A stretch of DNA of 64,000 bases. Source: Naegleria gruberi (taxonomy: Eukaryota). This document shows, in pieces, positions 1-10,514 of the stretch. The stretch lies in the NCBI GenBank assembly GCA_000004985.1, contig GG738901.1; one strand, given 5' to 3'. The first letter of the stretch is position 1. Every line of letters starts with the position of its first letter. A program made the translations under genes and the position numbers. Below the pieces are notes generated by a model. That model did not search any database. It had not been told where the DNA came from and worked only from the letters and a program-made list of their open reading frames with translations.

Positions 1-175
1 AGAAATAGTGGTGCTACTGGAGGAAATGGATCATATTTTGAGAGTTCTTCTAATGACAGAAATTATGGAAATCATTATTCAAATTATGAAAATCAAACCT
101 ATCACTCATACTCTCACCACGATGATGATGATGATACACGAGATCATACAGTTTATGGAATTTCTACAACTTCCA
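1..175 (+). CDS. Possible 3' part of an exon running in from upstream. It is an N/S/Y/G/D-rich low-complexity coding stretch followed by a GTAAAG donor at 176.
   Basis: Frame 1 is open from the window start to 175. A GTAAAG donor-like site follows immediately. The composition is coding-like but low complexity. No start codon is visible. Confidence 0.2.
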
Positions 176-239
176 GGTAAAGATTTTCATTTAGCATGAT
201 TATTCTTCTCAATTGTCAATAAATCCACTTTGTAAATTC

Positions 240-500
240 AAGAAAAAAATTTAAAAGTTTATTAATCGTATGAACCCGACGGGTTCGTCTTGATGATATT
301 ACGAATATTAAATAATAAATTCTTTCTTGTTGGGATTGCTTTGTTCATTTCTTGTAACTCTGTGGACACAAATACTTGGCTTGAACACCCTATGCTGGAA
401 CCCCGGGTAGTATAGGGTACGGTGACCCGACGTAAGTATTGCGGCAACACACTGTGGTCTCAGGGTCAACAGTGTAGTTACTGAGTGGTATGACATTTTT
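240..500 (+). other. GC-richer structured non-coding element. It may be a Pol III-type small RNA or a short repeat family member.
   Basis: The GC content is locally elevated against AT-rich flanks. A perfect hairpin, gaaccc-gac-gggttc, sits at 273-287, and further inverted repeats follow. The element ends in a T8 run at 493-500. No credible ORF is present. It is about 70% similar in blocks to 48260-48500. Confidence 0.3.
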
Positions 501-914
501 TTTGAGACGAAATTCAAGAAAAAAATGTAATTTAGTGAATTGTATTATTATTGAGCTTTTTCTTAATGACAGAATTTCCAAAATAAAGATCATTGCATTT
601 TCCTACCATTAAGGTTAAGTTTATTTGAATCTCCGGCCACTGGTTATATAGATTTGTGGGTGATGATCTATTCTATTGCGTTGAATAAAGTCAATGACCT
701 AAAAGGCAGCATTTCTGAGCAACATACCTCATCCTTTGGATGAAGAATATGTTGAGTGAGCTTCTACCCATTGGTTTATCAACGATTGTTTTATTGTTTC
801 TTTTGGAGAAATATGCGTTTTGAAATCTCTTTGTCATTTCAATTTTGGATTTGATTTTGCAAATTTTTTGATGATCAGTCTTTCGTAAGAGGTGAACTGA
901 CTGTTCAAGAAAAA

Positions 915-1367
915 ATGTCAGCAACACTAACAAACCTCTCACACGATGATCTGTTTAATATTCTCGATTTTATTTATCCCTTCTTTTCAGAATATGTCAA
1001 GGCAGTAGGAGGAAAACAATTCGAAGCTCAACATAAACGAGAATATTTAGCCAAGATAATTTTCGGAATTATGAAAGGAAATAATGAGAGGAAGGATTGG
1101 ATTTTGGATTTTCGTGGTAAACACTCTAAAATTATGGGAATTAAACTTGTTTCCAATTTGAATTATAATGAATACTTTTACAAATCGCTCGACGATTCGA
1201 ATGTTTATGTTCCTGCTTTATATTTGAGAAAGTTTTATGAGGATTTAGTTAAGGAAGTGAAGAATTGGTTACTCATTGCAAAGAATGGTCTTTTCTATGA
1301 AATTTTAATGCAAAGTCACATTCCAATAGTTCAACTTTTTTGGGAAAGTTTATTTCACATTATTTAG
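915..1367 (+). CDS. Hypothetical protein (150 aa). It may be the first part of a larger gene that is frame-shifted at a T6 run near 1335-1340.
   Basis: ATG at 915. The composition is globular-like. The next ORF's frame is already open from 1330, overlapping this ORF's 3' end. Confidence 0.4.
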   Translation: MSATLTNLSHDDLFNILDFIYPFFSEYVKAVGGKQFEAQHKREYLAKIIFGIMKGNNERKDWILDFRGKHSKIMGIKLVSNLNYNEYFYKSLDDSNVYVPALYLRKFYEDLVKEVKNWLLIAKNGLFYEILMQSHIPIVQLFWESLFHII

Positions 1368-1383
1368 AGATACTCCTATTATT

Positions 1384-1974
1384 ATGGGAAGTATGAAGTT
1401 TAAACAATATTACAATTTGGAATTGCCAATGATTCAGGATTATATTTTGGATAATATTATTGTGCATGTGATGAAGGCAGTGGAGGAACCAGTTTGGTTA
1501 TTCGAAACTTTTGTTTTCAATGAAATTTCATCTAAAGATGCCCATAGTTTGGGATTCAAAAGTTATCTACGACATTACCAGTTAGAAGAAGGTGAAAAAC
1601 ACGAATTGTATCAGGATGTTTTGGTGGAAAAGAAAGATTGGACGAGTTTGGCAACTGACAATCATTGGGAAGGTTTCTTGATGTTTCTTTCGGATTGTTT
1701 TAACAGATATCCAACTATTTTAAGTGATTCCAAATATGTAGACTTTATCAATTCTCAATTTGAAAAAGATCTAGGAAGGATTTCAAAATTTACTACTGAG
1801 CTTGCCAAATTCCTTTACCTTGACAGAAATATTCCGATTAATCCTATAATTTCAAACAAGTTGTTTACTCTGTTATCATTCACACCAGTTTTTAAACAAA
1901 TTCTAGAAAAGAAACTGAATGAATTAAGGATAACGACAAGGAAAGAAACTCGTTTCTTGCAAATCTCTTTTTAA
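1384..1974 (+). CDS. Hypothetical protein (196 aa). It is probably the continuation of 915..1367. The 2028 ORF's frame is open from 1923, with a shift near the T5 run at 1966-1970.
   Basis: ATG at 1384. The frame extends upstream without a stop to 1330. The downstream ORF's frame overlaps its 3' end. No GT..AG intron can join them. Confidence 0.4.
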   Translation: MGSMKFKQYYNLELPMIQDYILDNIIVHVMKAVEEPVWLFETFVFNEISSKDAHSLGFKSYLRHYQLEEGEKHELYQDVLVEKKDWTSLATDNHWEGFLMFLSDCFNRYPTILSDSKYVDFINSQFEKDLGRISKFTTELAKFLYLDRNIPINPIISNKLFTLLSFTPVFKQILEKKLNELRITTRKETRFLQISF

Positions 1975-2027
1975 GAGATTCACTACTTTCTTCCTCTATT
2001 TTAAATTTACAATTCGAAATAATTGAC

Positions 2028-2633
2028 ATGCATTTAGATTATATGGACGAATGTTTGGATAGTAAGGTGATTGATTCACACTTCTCAAAGTGCCCTGTAG
2101 TGACTTATTTCATAGAGGGTGCCCTAATGATGGAAGATTTAAGCGATCCATTGAAAAGTTCCATGATTGTTATTGAGTACATTGAGAAATTTAGGAAATT
2201 ATTCGAAAGGTTCAATAGAAAAAATTTTGGTTATTCAATTTATAGAAATATCATAACATTGTTTTCAAATTTCACCCGCAGTGGTCTTACAGAAGATTCA
2301 TATGAATGGCAGTAACGTTTTATAATCTTTACTGAACTATTCCAAAACCTGGTTTCAAATAAGATTGACGATTTACCCGAAACTGACCTATCTTTTATTT
2401 TCAGATATACCTCCAATGAAAAGATTATCACCTTCCTATTCGAACAACCACCACTATTCCATCAAATGTTAGCAAGATACATTCCAGATAGAATTAATGA
2501 AAATCTTTTGAAAATTATCGAGAAATATGTTGGCAATAACAATTCATATTATCAGAGGAATCAAATTGCAATATCCAATGATGAGAAAAATCTCAATGCT
2601 AAATCTACTACCACTTCTACTTTAAGATTATAA
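2028..2633 (+). CDS. Hypothetical protein of 170 aa encoded by two exons, join(2028..2311,2405..2633). The intron runs 2312..2404 (93 nt, GTAACG...TTTTCAG).
   Basis: The listed ORF 2028..2315 stops at a TAA that lies inside a GT..AG interval. Removing 2312-2404 keeps the frame open for 77 more codons to the TAA at 2631-2633. The last ~40 nt of this CDS are copied into the duplicated segment at 6611. Confidence 0.55.
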
Positions 2634-3450
2634 GAAACACATTCTCTTCTTAAGAATGTTGTTATAGGGTTGACTGATTAATGTTGTAATTTATACATAA
2701 GTTTGTTGACCATTTCCATTAGTAGGAGGAGTATAATAAGAAGGTTGTGGAGTAACATAGGTTGGTGGTGGTTGATTGACCATCATTGGTTGACCGTATT
2801 GTGGTTGATAAGGTTGTTGAGTCATCATTGGTTGACCATATGGTTGTTGTGGTGGATATGGTTGACCATAAGGTTGTTGTTGAGGTGGATAATAAACACC
2901 AGGTCCTGGATTTTGAATAACAACTGTAGTGACAGGTGGCATTGTTGGTTGAGCAGTGACAAGAGTAGAAGGCATTGTTGCTACTCCAATGGCAGCTGCT
3001 GCTTGTTGTTCTTGAGCTCTTCTCATCATCATAAGTCTTCTCTTTCTGGAAGCAGCACTAACAATAATGATAATTGCAATAAATATTATGAAACCTGGAA
3101 TTCCAAATCCTAAACCATATCCTAAAGCATCATAATCTCCATAACTATTCGAAACACAAACATTGGAAGAACAAGTTTGGGAAGAAGAACAACATGCATA
3201 ACTAGAAGCAATACATGTTGAATAACCAGATTTTCTACAACAAGTTTGTCCAGATAAGCAATAAACATAATTAGTGGAACCTGTTACTGAGCAACAAATA
3301 CTATCTTGAACAGCTGACACTTGGCTTTCATTGAGAGATGAGAAAGAAAGTTCCCCCTTTAATGAATTATCACCATAAGTTGTCAAACGGGCAGAGATTT
3401 TGGCACCTGACACGAGGAGTAATAACACAACTAGTGAGCTGGCAATTTGG
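2593..3450. repeat. Segmental duplication, copy 1. It is ~860 bp and ~97-98% identical to 6611..7470.
   Basis: The two copies align nearly base-for-base, with a few substitutions and one 9-nt indel (accaccact, present in copy 2 only). The span covers the 3' end of the upstream gene, an intergenic spacer and most of a membrane-protein CDS. Confidence 0.85.
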
Positions 3451-3899
3451 ACCCATATTCTAATTTGCTCTTTGATTTGAGTTCTTTTCAAAGTTGGAGC
3501 ACTCTTTTTGATGAAACTAATTACTTTTGGAAGAAGGTTGTTGTTGGTTGGATCTGGCTTTGAAGATGAAGGATGAAGTGCTTCGTTTTGATGAATATCG
3601 CACCTTGCTTGGTGGTGATGAATTACCTTCAACTTTACATTACAAAATTCATTGCATTGACATGAAATATAGTAGTAAAGTTGAGGAGTTCCTACTTCAC
3701 ACTTATTGAATTCCTTTCTTTCTGAGTAAATGTCTTTCAATTCATAAATCATATTGTCCTTCATAACTGCTCGGCATAAAGAAGCTTGCTCAGTCACTTC
3801 ATGAACAGAGTGCACCTTCCATGGACGTTGTAAGTGGTTACAAATTCTATCGAACACATCTTGGTGCTCAATATTTGAGAGTAGTGGAGTATAACTCAT
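2691..3899 (-). CDS. Chimeric copy of the Cys-rich single-pass membrane protein with a P/Q/Y-rich cytoplasmic tail. The duplicated signal peptide, Cys-rich ectodomain, TM segment and tail are fused in frame to ~150 aa of unrelated N-terminal sequence and lack their own Met.
   Basis: The C-terminal ~250 aa are almost identical to ORF 6702..7487. The duplication boundary at ~3445 replaces MKSILVLITSS with IRIWVQIASS, so the ORF can only start at the ATG at 3899. It may be a pseudogene or a new fusion. Confidence 0.5.
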   Translation of the reverse strand: MSYTPLLSNIEHQDVFDRICNHLQRPWKVHSVHEVTEQASLCRAVMKDNMIYELKDIYSERKEFNKCEVGTPQLYYYISCQCNEFCNVKLKVIHHHQARCDIHQNEALHPSSSKPDPTNNNLLPKVISFIKKSAPTLKRTQIKEQIRIWVQIASSLVVLLLLVSGAKISARLTTYGDNSLKGELSFSSLNESQVSAVQDSICCSVTGSTNYVYCLSGQTCCRKSGYSTCIASSYACCSSSQTCSSNVCVSNSYGDYDALGYGLGFGIPGFIIFIAIIIIVSAASRKRRLMMMRRAQEQQAAAAIGVATMPSTLVTAQPTMPPVTTVVIQNPGPGVYYPPQQQPYGQPYPPQQPYGQPMMTQQPYQPQYGQPMMVNQPPPTYVTPQPSYYTPPTNGNGQQTYV

Positions 3900-6610
3900 T
3901 CTATTTTTTTTGCTTGTTGTTGATGAATTGTTCCTTATTGTTGTTTTGTGGTTCTATTGCAAGATATATGTGTTGGTGTGTTGTGTGGTGTTTGTTGTAT
4001 CGTTAAGAATTTTTTTGATTGGTTGAACAATTGGCGCCATGTTTAATTTCCGTGTTTTGCCTTTTAGGAACAATAAAATTTGCTGTTTAAGAACAAAAAA
4101 TTGCAAATTAAGATGGATTTCTAAATTGTTCACAAATATGTACTTTACTGTGCTGGATGTAATGGAAAATAATGCTACTCAAATTAAGATATTAGACTTC
4201 CTTAAAAGTCAAAAAGACTAAGACACAAATTACAGTTTCAAGCGAGGAGCAGGGGTAGAAATCTTACTTTTAATTTAGGGTTCATCAAAAAATTGCGAAA
4301 TAATTGGGGTAAACAACATTATTTATTTATTTATTTCTTCTTTCGTGCTCTACTAGAGTTTCTCTTTACTGCTTCTTCAAATTGTGAATTCTTTGGTCCA
4401 CGTTTTTGTTTCTATAGCGGTTCTTCTTGTTCCAATTCCTTCTCTTGTTAAGGCTATGGAATTATCGTTGCTGAGAAAGTCTTCTTCACTTTTTCTTTGT
4501 TATGATGGGGTGAAGTACAAAATAATTGTATCGTGCTGGTTGTTGTGGATTAATCTTCCTTTCTATTTACAAAAGTGTATAACCAATTACCATCTCTACT
4601 AAGGTAATATATCCTTTAGTAATTTCTTGATGGAAATAGCTCTTGGCATTCATGAAGCGAAGGTAAGGTGTTTTATTGTAGGTGCAGTGGAAACATTTGG
4701 GAGTGCCTGCTTTTGTTTTGGTAGAGGATTTGGTTCCTTGAGGTTTTTTTAAATATTTACAACAAAGAACACAGCAGAAGAGGTTTTCGAAAAGATAAGA
4801 ACAGATTCGTGACAACAACTTACAACAGTTGGATGGAAAACGATGCATTCGGTCAACTCTGGGAGAAAGACTCACTGAATTATCTGAGATTATTGTGTGC
4901 CTCCTTTAGGTCTGATCCCCCAAGCTCTTTTCCATCTAATCGAGAGCGAACGGAACTTTTGAAGTGCTGTAGTGGCCAACTTCTCATTGGTTCTCAATAC
5001 TATTAAGGATTTCCTTAAAAGTGAGAAAGGTTCCAAGAATGCTTAGTGTGGATCCATACACCGAATTGTTCAACAAATTCGAAGTTTATGGAGCTTTCCA
5101 ATGGTTCGTAGTGATTCACAATATTCCAAGATCCAATCCTCATACAATAGAATACTTTGCAACTTACCTTTCAGAAAGGGTATGTTTTAAACAATTTGAA
5201 GCCAGCTCTTCAATCTTTTGTAGACGTTGAAGGTTGGAAACTTAATGTTCCCAATGGTTTTGCTAGACTAAAGAAAGGACTTTCATAAGGGTTACTACAT
5301 TGTTGATAGAAAGAAACTAAAAAATAAATGGAGTTTCAGCTTATGATATTAAGAATTATATTGATTCCGTGGCTTCCCATAATGAATTCACAGAATGTGG
5401 CAGGAGAATTGCAAAAGTATTTTTCATTCCATCAGAGAAAAATTCAATTGCATACAAACTTTGCTAAGCCTTTTAAGCGATTGGAAATCATCACCAGAAT
5501 TGATAAGTATGGTAGAAAAAGAATGCGGAAACCACACCATCGACAGATTTGCAACATCAGAGTAGGCAACGACAATCCAATTCAACTCTTGGTTAGAAAA
5601 CGATGCGGTTCAAGAACTTTGGGAACAAAACTCAATCAATTATTGTGTTCCTCCAATAGGTCTGATACCACAAGCTCTATTTCACTTGATCCCATCAAAG
5701 GATATAGCAACATTCGTAGTTCCTTTTTGGCTAACAGCTTACTGATCTTGCTAAAGATATCTTTTGAACAGAGAAGTGTTCCGCTCCAATGGCTTATAAC
5801 AGAGCATTACAACGAACTGCACAAACTATCAGGCAATCTTTAGTTCATGGCAGTCAAAGTGAATGGAATGCTCTCCTTTCAATGAGATTTCAGGCTTTAT
5901 CTACTGCTCTTGCAGAATCCACAGTCAAAAAGTATTCTTTAACTTATTCAGAATTTTCTTATTTCTGTCTACTCCATTATTTTAAAACATTCAGAAATTA
6001 GAGCCCCACCCTCTTGCAGTTCACAAAAAGCTCTACAGGTTGAATAATTTGAAACCTACGTTAGATTTCTATTCAAATTTGGAAGGATGGATCCGTAAAT
6101 TATTCCAATCAATTCTAGAATTCAAACAAGGTTTGAATAAGTTTTATTCACGAGCTGATATTGACACTTGATACTCCTTTTATCAGTTGGGTTTCTTTTG
6201 ATCTTTCTGGTCACAAAACAGACCAAAATTTGACAGATGAAGAAACTCCTATTGAGGAAATAAGAAATACTGTCCAGTTTATAACCTTAGAAGATACATG
6301 GATTATGCCAGATCGTGAGATGAAAATTTTAAGGATTTGGCAATTATTGAATAAAGACTTGATGTTATTTGAAAAGATTTCAAAGTTGGCTCAATCTTCA
6401 GCTAATTATCAAAAGATTGATGTTTGATTTCTTGTGTTGTTTCAAAATAAAGAACTTTAAAACACAAAAAAGTTGTTTTGAGACAGCTGGTAATTGGGTG
6501 CCTAATTCAAAAGTGAGATTGAGATATCAACGTAGAATTGGCCTTGCTACTCATGGTTTAACTACTTCTATTATGAGAACTGATTAATTGTATATATAAA
6601 TAGAAAAATG

Positions 6611-7470
6611 TCAATGCTGCTACTAGTTCAACTTTAAGATTATAAGAAACCGTTTCTCTTCTTAAGAATGTTGTTATCGGGTTGACTGATTAATGTTTAA
6701 TTTATACATAAGTTTGTTGACCATTTCCATTGGTAGGAGGAGTATAATAAGAAGGTTGTGGAGTAACATAGGTTGGTGGTGGTTGATTGGCCATCATTGG
6801 TTGACCGTATTGTGGTTGATAAGGTTGTTGAGTCATCATTGGTTGACCATATGGTTGTTGTGGTGGATATTGTTGACCATAAGGTTGTTGTTGAGGTGGA
6901 TAATAAACACCAGGTCCAGGATTTTGAATAACAACTGTAGTACCACCACTGACAGGTGGCATTGTTGGTTGAGCAGTGACAAGAGTAGAAGGCATTGTTG
7001 CTACTCCAACGGCAGCTGCTGCTTGTTGTTCTTGAGCTCTTCTCATCATCATAAGTCTTCTCTTTCTAGAAGCAGCACTAACAATAATGATAATTGCAAT
7101 AAATATTATGAAACCTGGAATTCCAAATCCTAAACCATATCCTAAAGCATCATAATCTCCATAACTATTCGAAACGCAAACATTGGAAGAACAAGTTTGT
7201 GAAGAGGAACAACATGCATAACTAGAAGCAATACATGTTGAATAACCAGATTTTCTACAACAAGTTTGTCCAGATAAGCAATAAACATAATTAGTGGAAC
7301 CTGTCACTGAGCAACAAATACTATCTTGAACAGCTGACACTTGGCTTTCATTGAGAGATGAGAAAGAAAGTTCCCCCTTTAATGAATTATCATCATAAGT
7401 TGTCAAACGGGCAGAGATTTTGGCACCTGACACGAGGAGTAATAACACAACTAGTGAGCTGGTAATTAGG
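6611..7470. repeat. Segmental duplication, copy 2, paired with 2593..3450.
   Basis: See copy 1. This copy also contains a 3' fragment of the 2028..2633 gene (6611-6650). Confidence 0.85.
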
Positions 7471-7487
7471 ACGAGAATTGATTTCAT
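6702..7487 (-). CDS. Type I membrane protein (261 aa). It has a signal peptide, a Cys-rich ectodomain, one TM helix (GIPGFIIFIAIIIIVSAA), and a Pro/Gln/Tyr-rich cytoplasmic tail with repeated PPQQ(P/G)Y units.
   Basis: The ORF is intact with the ATG at 7487 (plus-strand cat at 7485-7487). A hydrophobic N-terminal leader is present. Cys spacing follows CC..C..CC..C. The RKRR stop-transfer follows the TM. The tail is low complexity. The N-terminus is complete, unlike the paralogous copy. Confidence 0.75.
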   Translation of the reverse strand: MKSILVLITSSLVVLLLLVSGAKISARLTTYDDNSLKGELSFSSLNESQVSAVQDSICCSVTGSTNYVYCLSGQTCCRKSGYSTCIASSYACCSSSQTCSSNVCVSNSYGDYDALGYGLGFGIPGFIIFIAIIIIVSAASRKRRLMMMRRAQEQQAAAAVGVATMPSTLVTAQPTMPPVSGGTTVVIQNPGPGVYYPPQQQPYGQQYPPQQPYGQPMMTQQPYQPQYGQPMMANQPPPTYVTPQPSYYTPPTNGNGQQTYV

Positions 7488-8323
7488 TTTTTTTAATGGG
7501 GAAAAGTAAGAAGGAATTTATTTTGTTGATATTTACAACATAATGTTGATGAACCTGAGAGCTGCCTTTCAACAACATTCGAATAGCACTATGGTGGAAT
7601 AGAGATAGGAAGGTGAGGTGTCAATGTCAGCAGTATCTTTTGTTTGGTACTTTTTTAGACCCCAAGATTCGTTTAGGCTACGATACTTGCCAAAAATTAT
7701 GTTGTATTACGTTTTCTCAAGCCTGTTTGTGTTTCACAAAAAATAATTAGCGATTAATTTGAAAACTATATTTGTATTGATGTGTTTTGAATTCGTCCAA
7801 AAAGTAGTGAGGTGTTGTGACATTAATTTCTACTTGTTGTTGCATAGAATTGTTTTTCAGTGTAGTTTTACACTCTAACTCTATCGATTCAATCAATTGA
7901 TTGATCTACATACAACAGTGAAAGATTTTGACAATTCCTTACGATTATCTCTAAAATAATTATTGAACCAAAAACTTGTTTTATTGTTCTGGTATTAAAA
8001 ATTGAACAAATGCTCAATACTATTGCTCAATTTCTTAGTCTTTTTTTGAATGTCTTGTGATATTCAGGGTGAGAGGATCTGTGACAGGGCTTTTTTATGA
8101 TGACCAAACACTGTTAAGTTGACAAGCAAACATCTTTAGTAAACTATTTTTAACAGATATTCAGTTCTCAAAACCATAACATTTAAACTTTTTCAATTTT
8201 TACGAATTCAATAAGGAAAACAAATTCGAATAGAATTTCAATTCGTTCTAAAAATCTTTGTCATTAAGTTCACTATTCACATGTCCAGCACCATGAACTT
8301 GATTCCAAAAATCATTAAAAAAA

Positions 8324-9808
8324 ATGCTTAAAATCAGTTCTACTACTGCCTTCACGACTCGCTCACCAACAATCAAACAACAATTGCAAAAACAAATCTT
8401 TTCCGATGATATTTGCTTTGAAATTTTATCATTTCTTGATTTTAAATTTATTCTAACGAATTGTTGTTTAATTTCTCATCAGTGGGAGAATGTCATCAAT
8501 GTACAATCTAATTTATCAGTCATTTTCAATAATCAAAAAGTGACGAATGAATTTATTGATAAATTAATGAAAAATAGTTATTTGAAACGTTTCGTTTCGT
8601 TGAAAACTAGAGAAAGAAGCTTTTTGCATGATCGAGAAAAAGTTTTGAAACTTGTTGGAATGATGCAGAATTTGAAATCACTCTCCATTGTTGGTAATGG
8701 ATTAGTGGATGAACATTTGAAAGAAATTAGTGAAATGAAAGGTTTAACTTTACTCGATGTGAGTGAGAATAAGTTTGGAAAGGAAGGTGCGGAAAAAATT
8801 AGTGGAATGGTTGGATTGACCACATTGAATATTAATGATAATTATATACTTGATGAAGGGGCTAAATTCATTGGAACGATGAAACAATTGACCTTGTTGA
8901 AAATGAAATATTGTGAAATTAGAGAAGAAGGTGCGAGAGCAATAAGTGAATTGAAAAATTTAACATTTCTCAATCTGCATGGTAATTTTATAGGTGATAA
9001 AGGAGCCAGCTATATAAGTGAAATGGTCAATCTGACACATCTCAATGTTGGTAGCACCCAATTGACAGCTGAAGGGGCAAGACATGTTAGTGGACTCAAA
9101 AATCTGAAATCTCTATTGATTCATACCAATCAAATTGGACATCAAGGAGCAAAGTGGATTAGTACAATGAAAGATCTGGAAGGGTTGACTTCACTTGATG
9201 TTAGTGGAAACTCCATTCTTGATCAAGGAGTACAATATTTGAGTGAAATGTCAAATCTGACACATTTAGATATTGGAAGTAATCATGTTGGAGTTAAAGG
9301 AATTGAATCAATTATTGGAATGAAAGGATTAATCTCGCTAAATGTCAGTAGTAATGATTTGGGATCATCAGGAGCAAAGTTAATCAGTGGAATGTCAAAT
9401 TTAACCTCACTAAACATTTCAGCCAATCGACTATTAGGTGAAGGAGCTAAATTTATTGGAGAAATGCATAACGTAACAATATTAGTTATCAGAAACAATG
9501 ATATTGGTGATGAAGGAGCCAAATTCATTTGTAAAATGAAACAATTGAAATCTCTCAATGCTGTGTATAATAGAATATCTTCGAAAGGATTTGAATCAAT
9601 AAGTGAAATGAAACAATTAACATCACTTGATATTGGTTACAACAGTATTGACTCAAAAGGAGCTAAATCTGTTCGCAAATTGAAAAATTTGACTTCTCTC
9701 AATGTCAGAAGTAATATGATAGATGATGAAGGATTGAAAGCTATTGGTCAACTCAAAATTCCTTATCTAACCACTGGATATCAACAAGCAAAACAATCCA
9801 ATAATTAA
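8324..9808 (+). CDS. F-box-like / RNI-type leucine-rich-repeat protein (494 aa).
   Basis: The N-terminal F-box-like motif is FSDDICFEILSFLDFKFILTNCCLISHQWENV. About 14 ribonuclease-inhibitor-type LRRs follow (L.xL.LxxNxIGDEGAKxIS). It is a paralog of the gene at 61038..61916. Confidence 0.85.
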   Translation: MLKISSTTAFTTRSPTIKQQLQKQIFSDDICFEILSFLDFKFILTNCCLISHQWENVINVQSNLSVIFNNQKVTNEFIDKLMKNSYLKRFVSLKTRERSFLHDREKVLKLVGMMQNLKSLSIVGNGLVDEHLKEISEMKGLTLLDVSENKFGKEGAEKISGMVGLTTLNINDNYILDEGAKFIGTMKQLTLLKMKYCEIREEGARAISELKNLTFLNLHGNFIGDKGASYISEMVNLTHLNVGSTQLTAEGARHVSGLKNLKSLLIHTNQIGHQGAKWISTMKDLEGLTSLDVSGNSILDQGVQYLSEMSNLTHLDIGSNHVGVKGIESIIGMKGLISLNVSSNDLGSSGAKLISGMSNLTSLNISANRLLGEGAKFIGEMHNVTILVIRNNDIGDEGAKFICKMKQLKSLNAVYNRISSKGFESISEMKQLTSLDIGYNSIDSKGAKSVRKLKNLTSLNVRSNMIDDEGLKAIGQLKIPYLTTGYQQAKQSNN

Positions 9809-9883
9809 CTAAAATGTATGAATGCGAATAAACTTGGGCTTTCACATGTTGTTGTTATCAATTAGAAACCAAGAAAAATGTTT

Positions 9884-9954
9884 AAAAATATTTCTCCCCC
9901 TGGTGGGTTGAATATCGACCTGCAGATTAACAGTCTGACGCTCTACCGACTGAG
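9884..9954 (-). tRNA. tRNA-Asn(GUU)-like gene with an aberrant T arm. It may be a pseudogene or a tRNA-derived element.
   Basis: The minus strand reads TCCCCCT-TA-GCTC-AGTCGGTA-GAGC-G-TCAGA-CTGTTAA-TCTGC..., followed by ...CCACC-AGGGGGA-G. The acceptor stem, D arm and anticodon loop (GTT) are canonical, and a TTCAACC T-loop motif is present. The T stem does not pair cleanly, and there is one anticodon-stem mismatch. A T-rich tract lies downstream. Confidence 0.45.
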
Positions 9955-10514
9955 CTAAGGGGGATACATTCAGCAATAAAAAATATTTATAATATTCGAT
10001 GGAAAAAACTGTTTCTTTCCATTTTTGGAATTAACAGCCAAAGAGGTAAATATAATCAATTCGGTTTATCAATTAATAAAACAAAAAATCTGATTTCCTT
10101 CATTGCATTGTAATCATTGCCCTTCTCAGACCAATCAAAATTTGTCCAACCCATGCACAAACTCCTTGAGTATTACAACTTTCGAATAATATGACTGAAT
10201 TTCTTAGCTCATTCCCAAAATCTCATTCACCTCTTATTCATCAAAAACACATCCACAATCCATACAATAACCAAAACTCACTCATCAATATCTTCAAGTT
10301 CATTCCTTTAATCTTCTATCTGTCTTCCATTATCTAAAACCAATTACACCTTCTAATTTTCATCATCTATGTAACCCAACAAGAAGTAAACTAATCACCT
10401 TGGGTAATCAAATTGCTGGGGGAACCTGTCAAATTCTGAGTCAACTAAACTTCATTTGAACCTTTTAGAGGTTGCAGTAAATCGGTTTTTCATTGCAATT
10501 CGAAACAAAAAAAA

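Noticed and set aside
240-500. Tried to assign element 1 to a known Pol III RNA (U6, 5S, 7SL Alu domain, U2) from remembered consensus sequences.
   Set aside because: There is no convincing match to any of these consensuses. A GTGTAGTT string near the 3' end resembles the U2 branch-point-binding box but is in the wrong position. The element is left as an unclassified ncRNA or repeat candidate.
262-593. Three overlapping minus-strand ORFs (62-69 aa) lie within the GC-richer element at 240-500.
   Set aside because: They are mutually overlapping, have no Met context, and are explained by elevated GC in a structured non-coding element.
2703-7133. Plus-strand ORFs 2703..3113 and 6693..7133 (136 and 146 aa) are W/L/R-rich and almost identical to each other.
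   Set aside because: They are the antisense reading of the duplicated P/Q/Y-rich membrane-protein tail. Low-complexity CCA/TGG-type codons give long antisense ORFs by composition alone.
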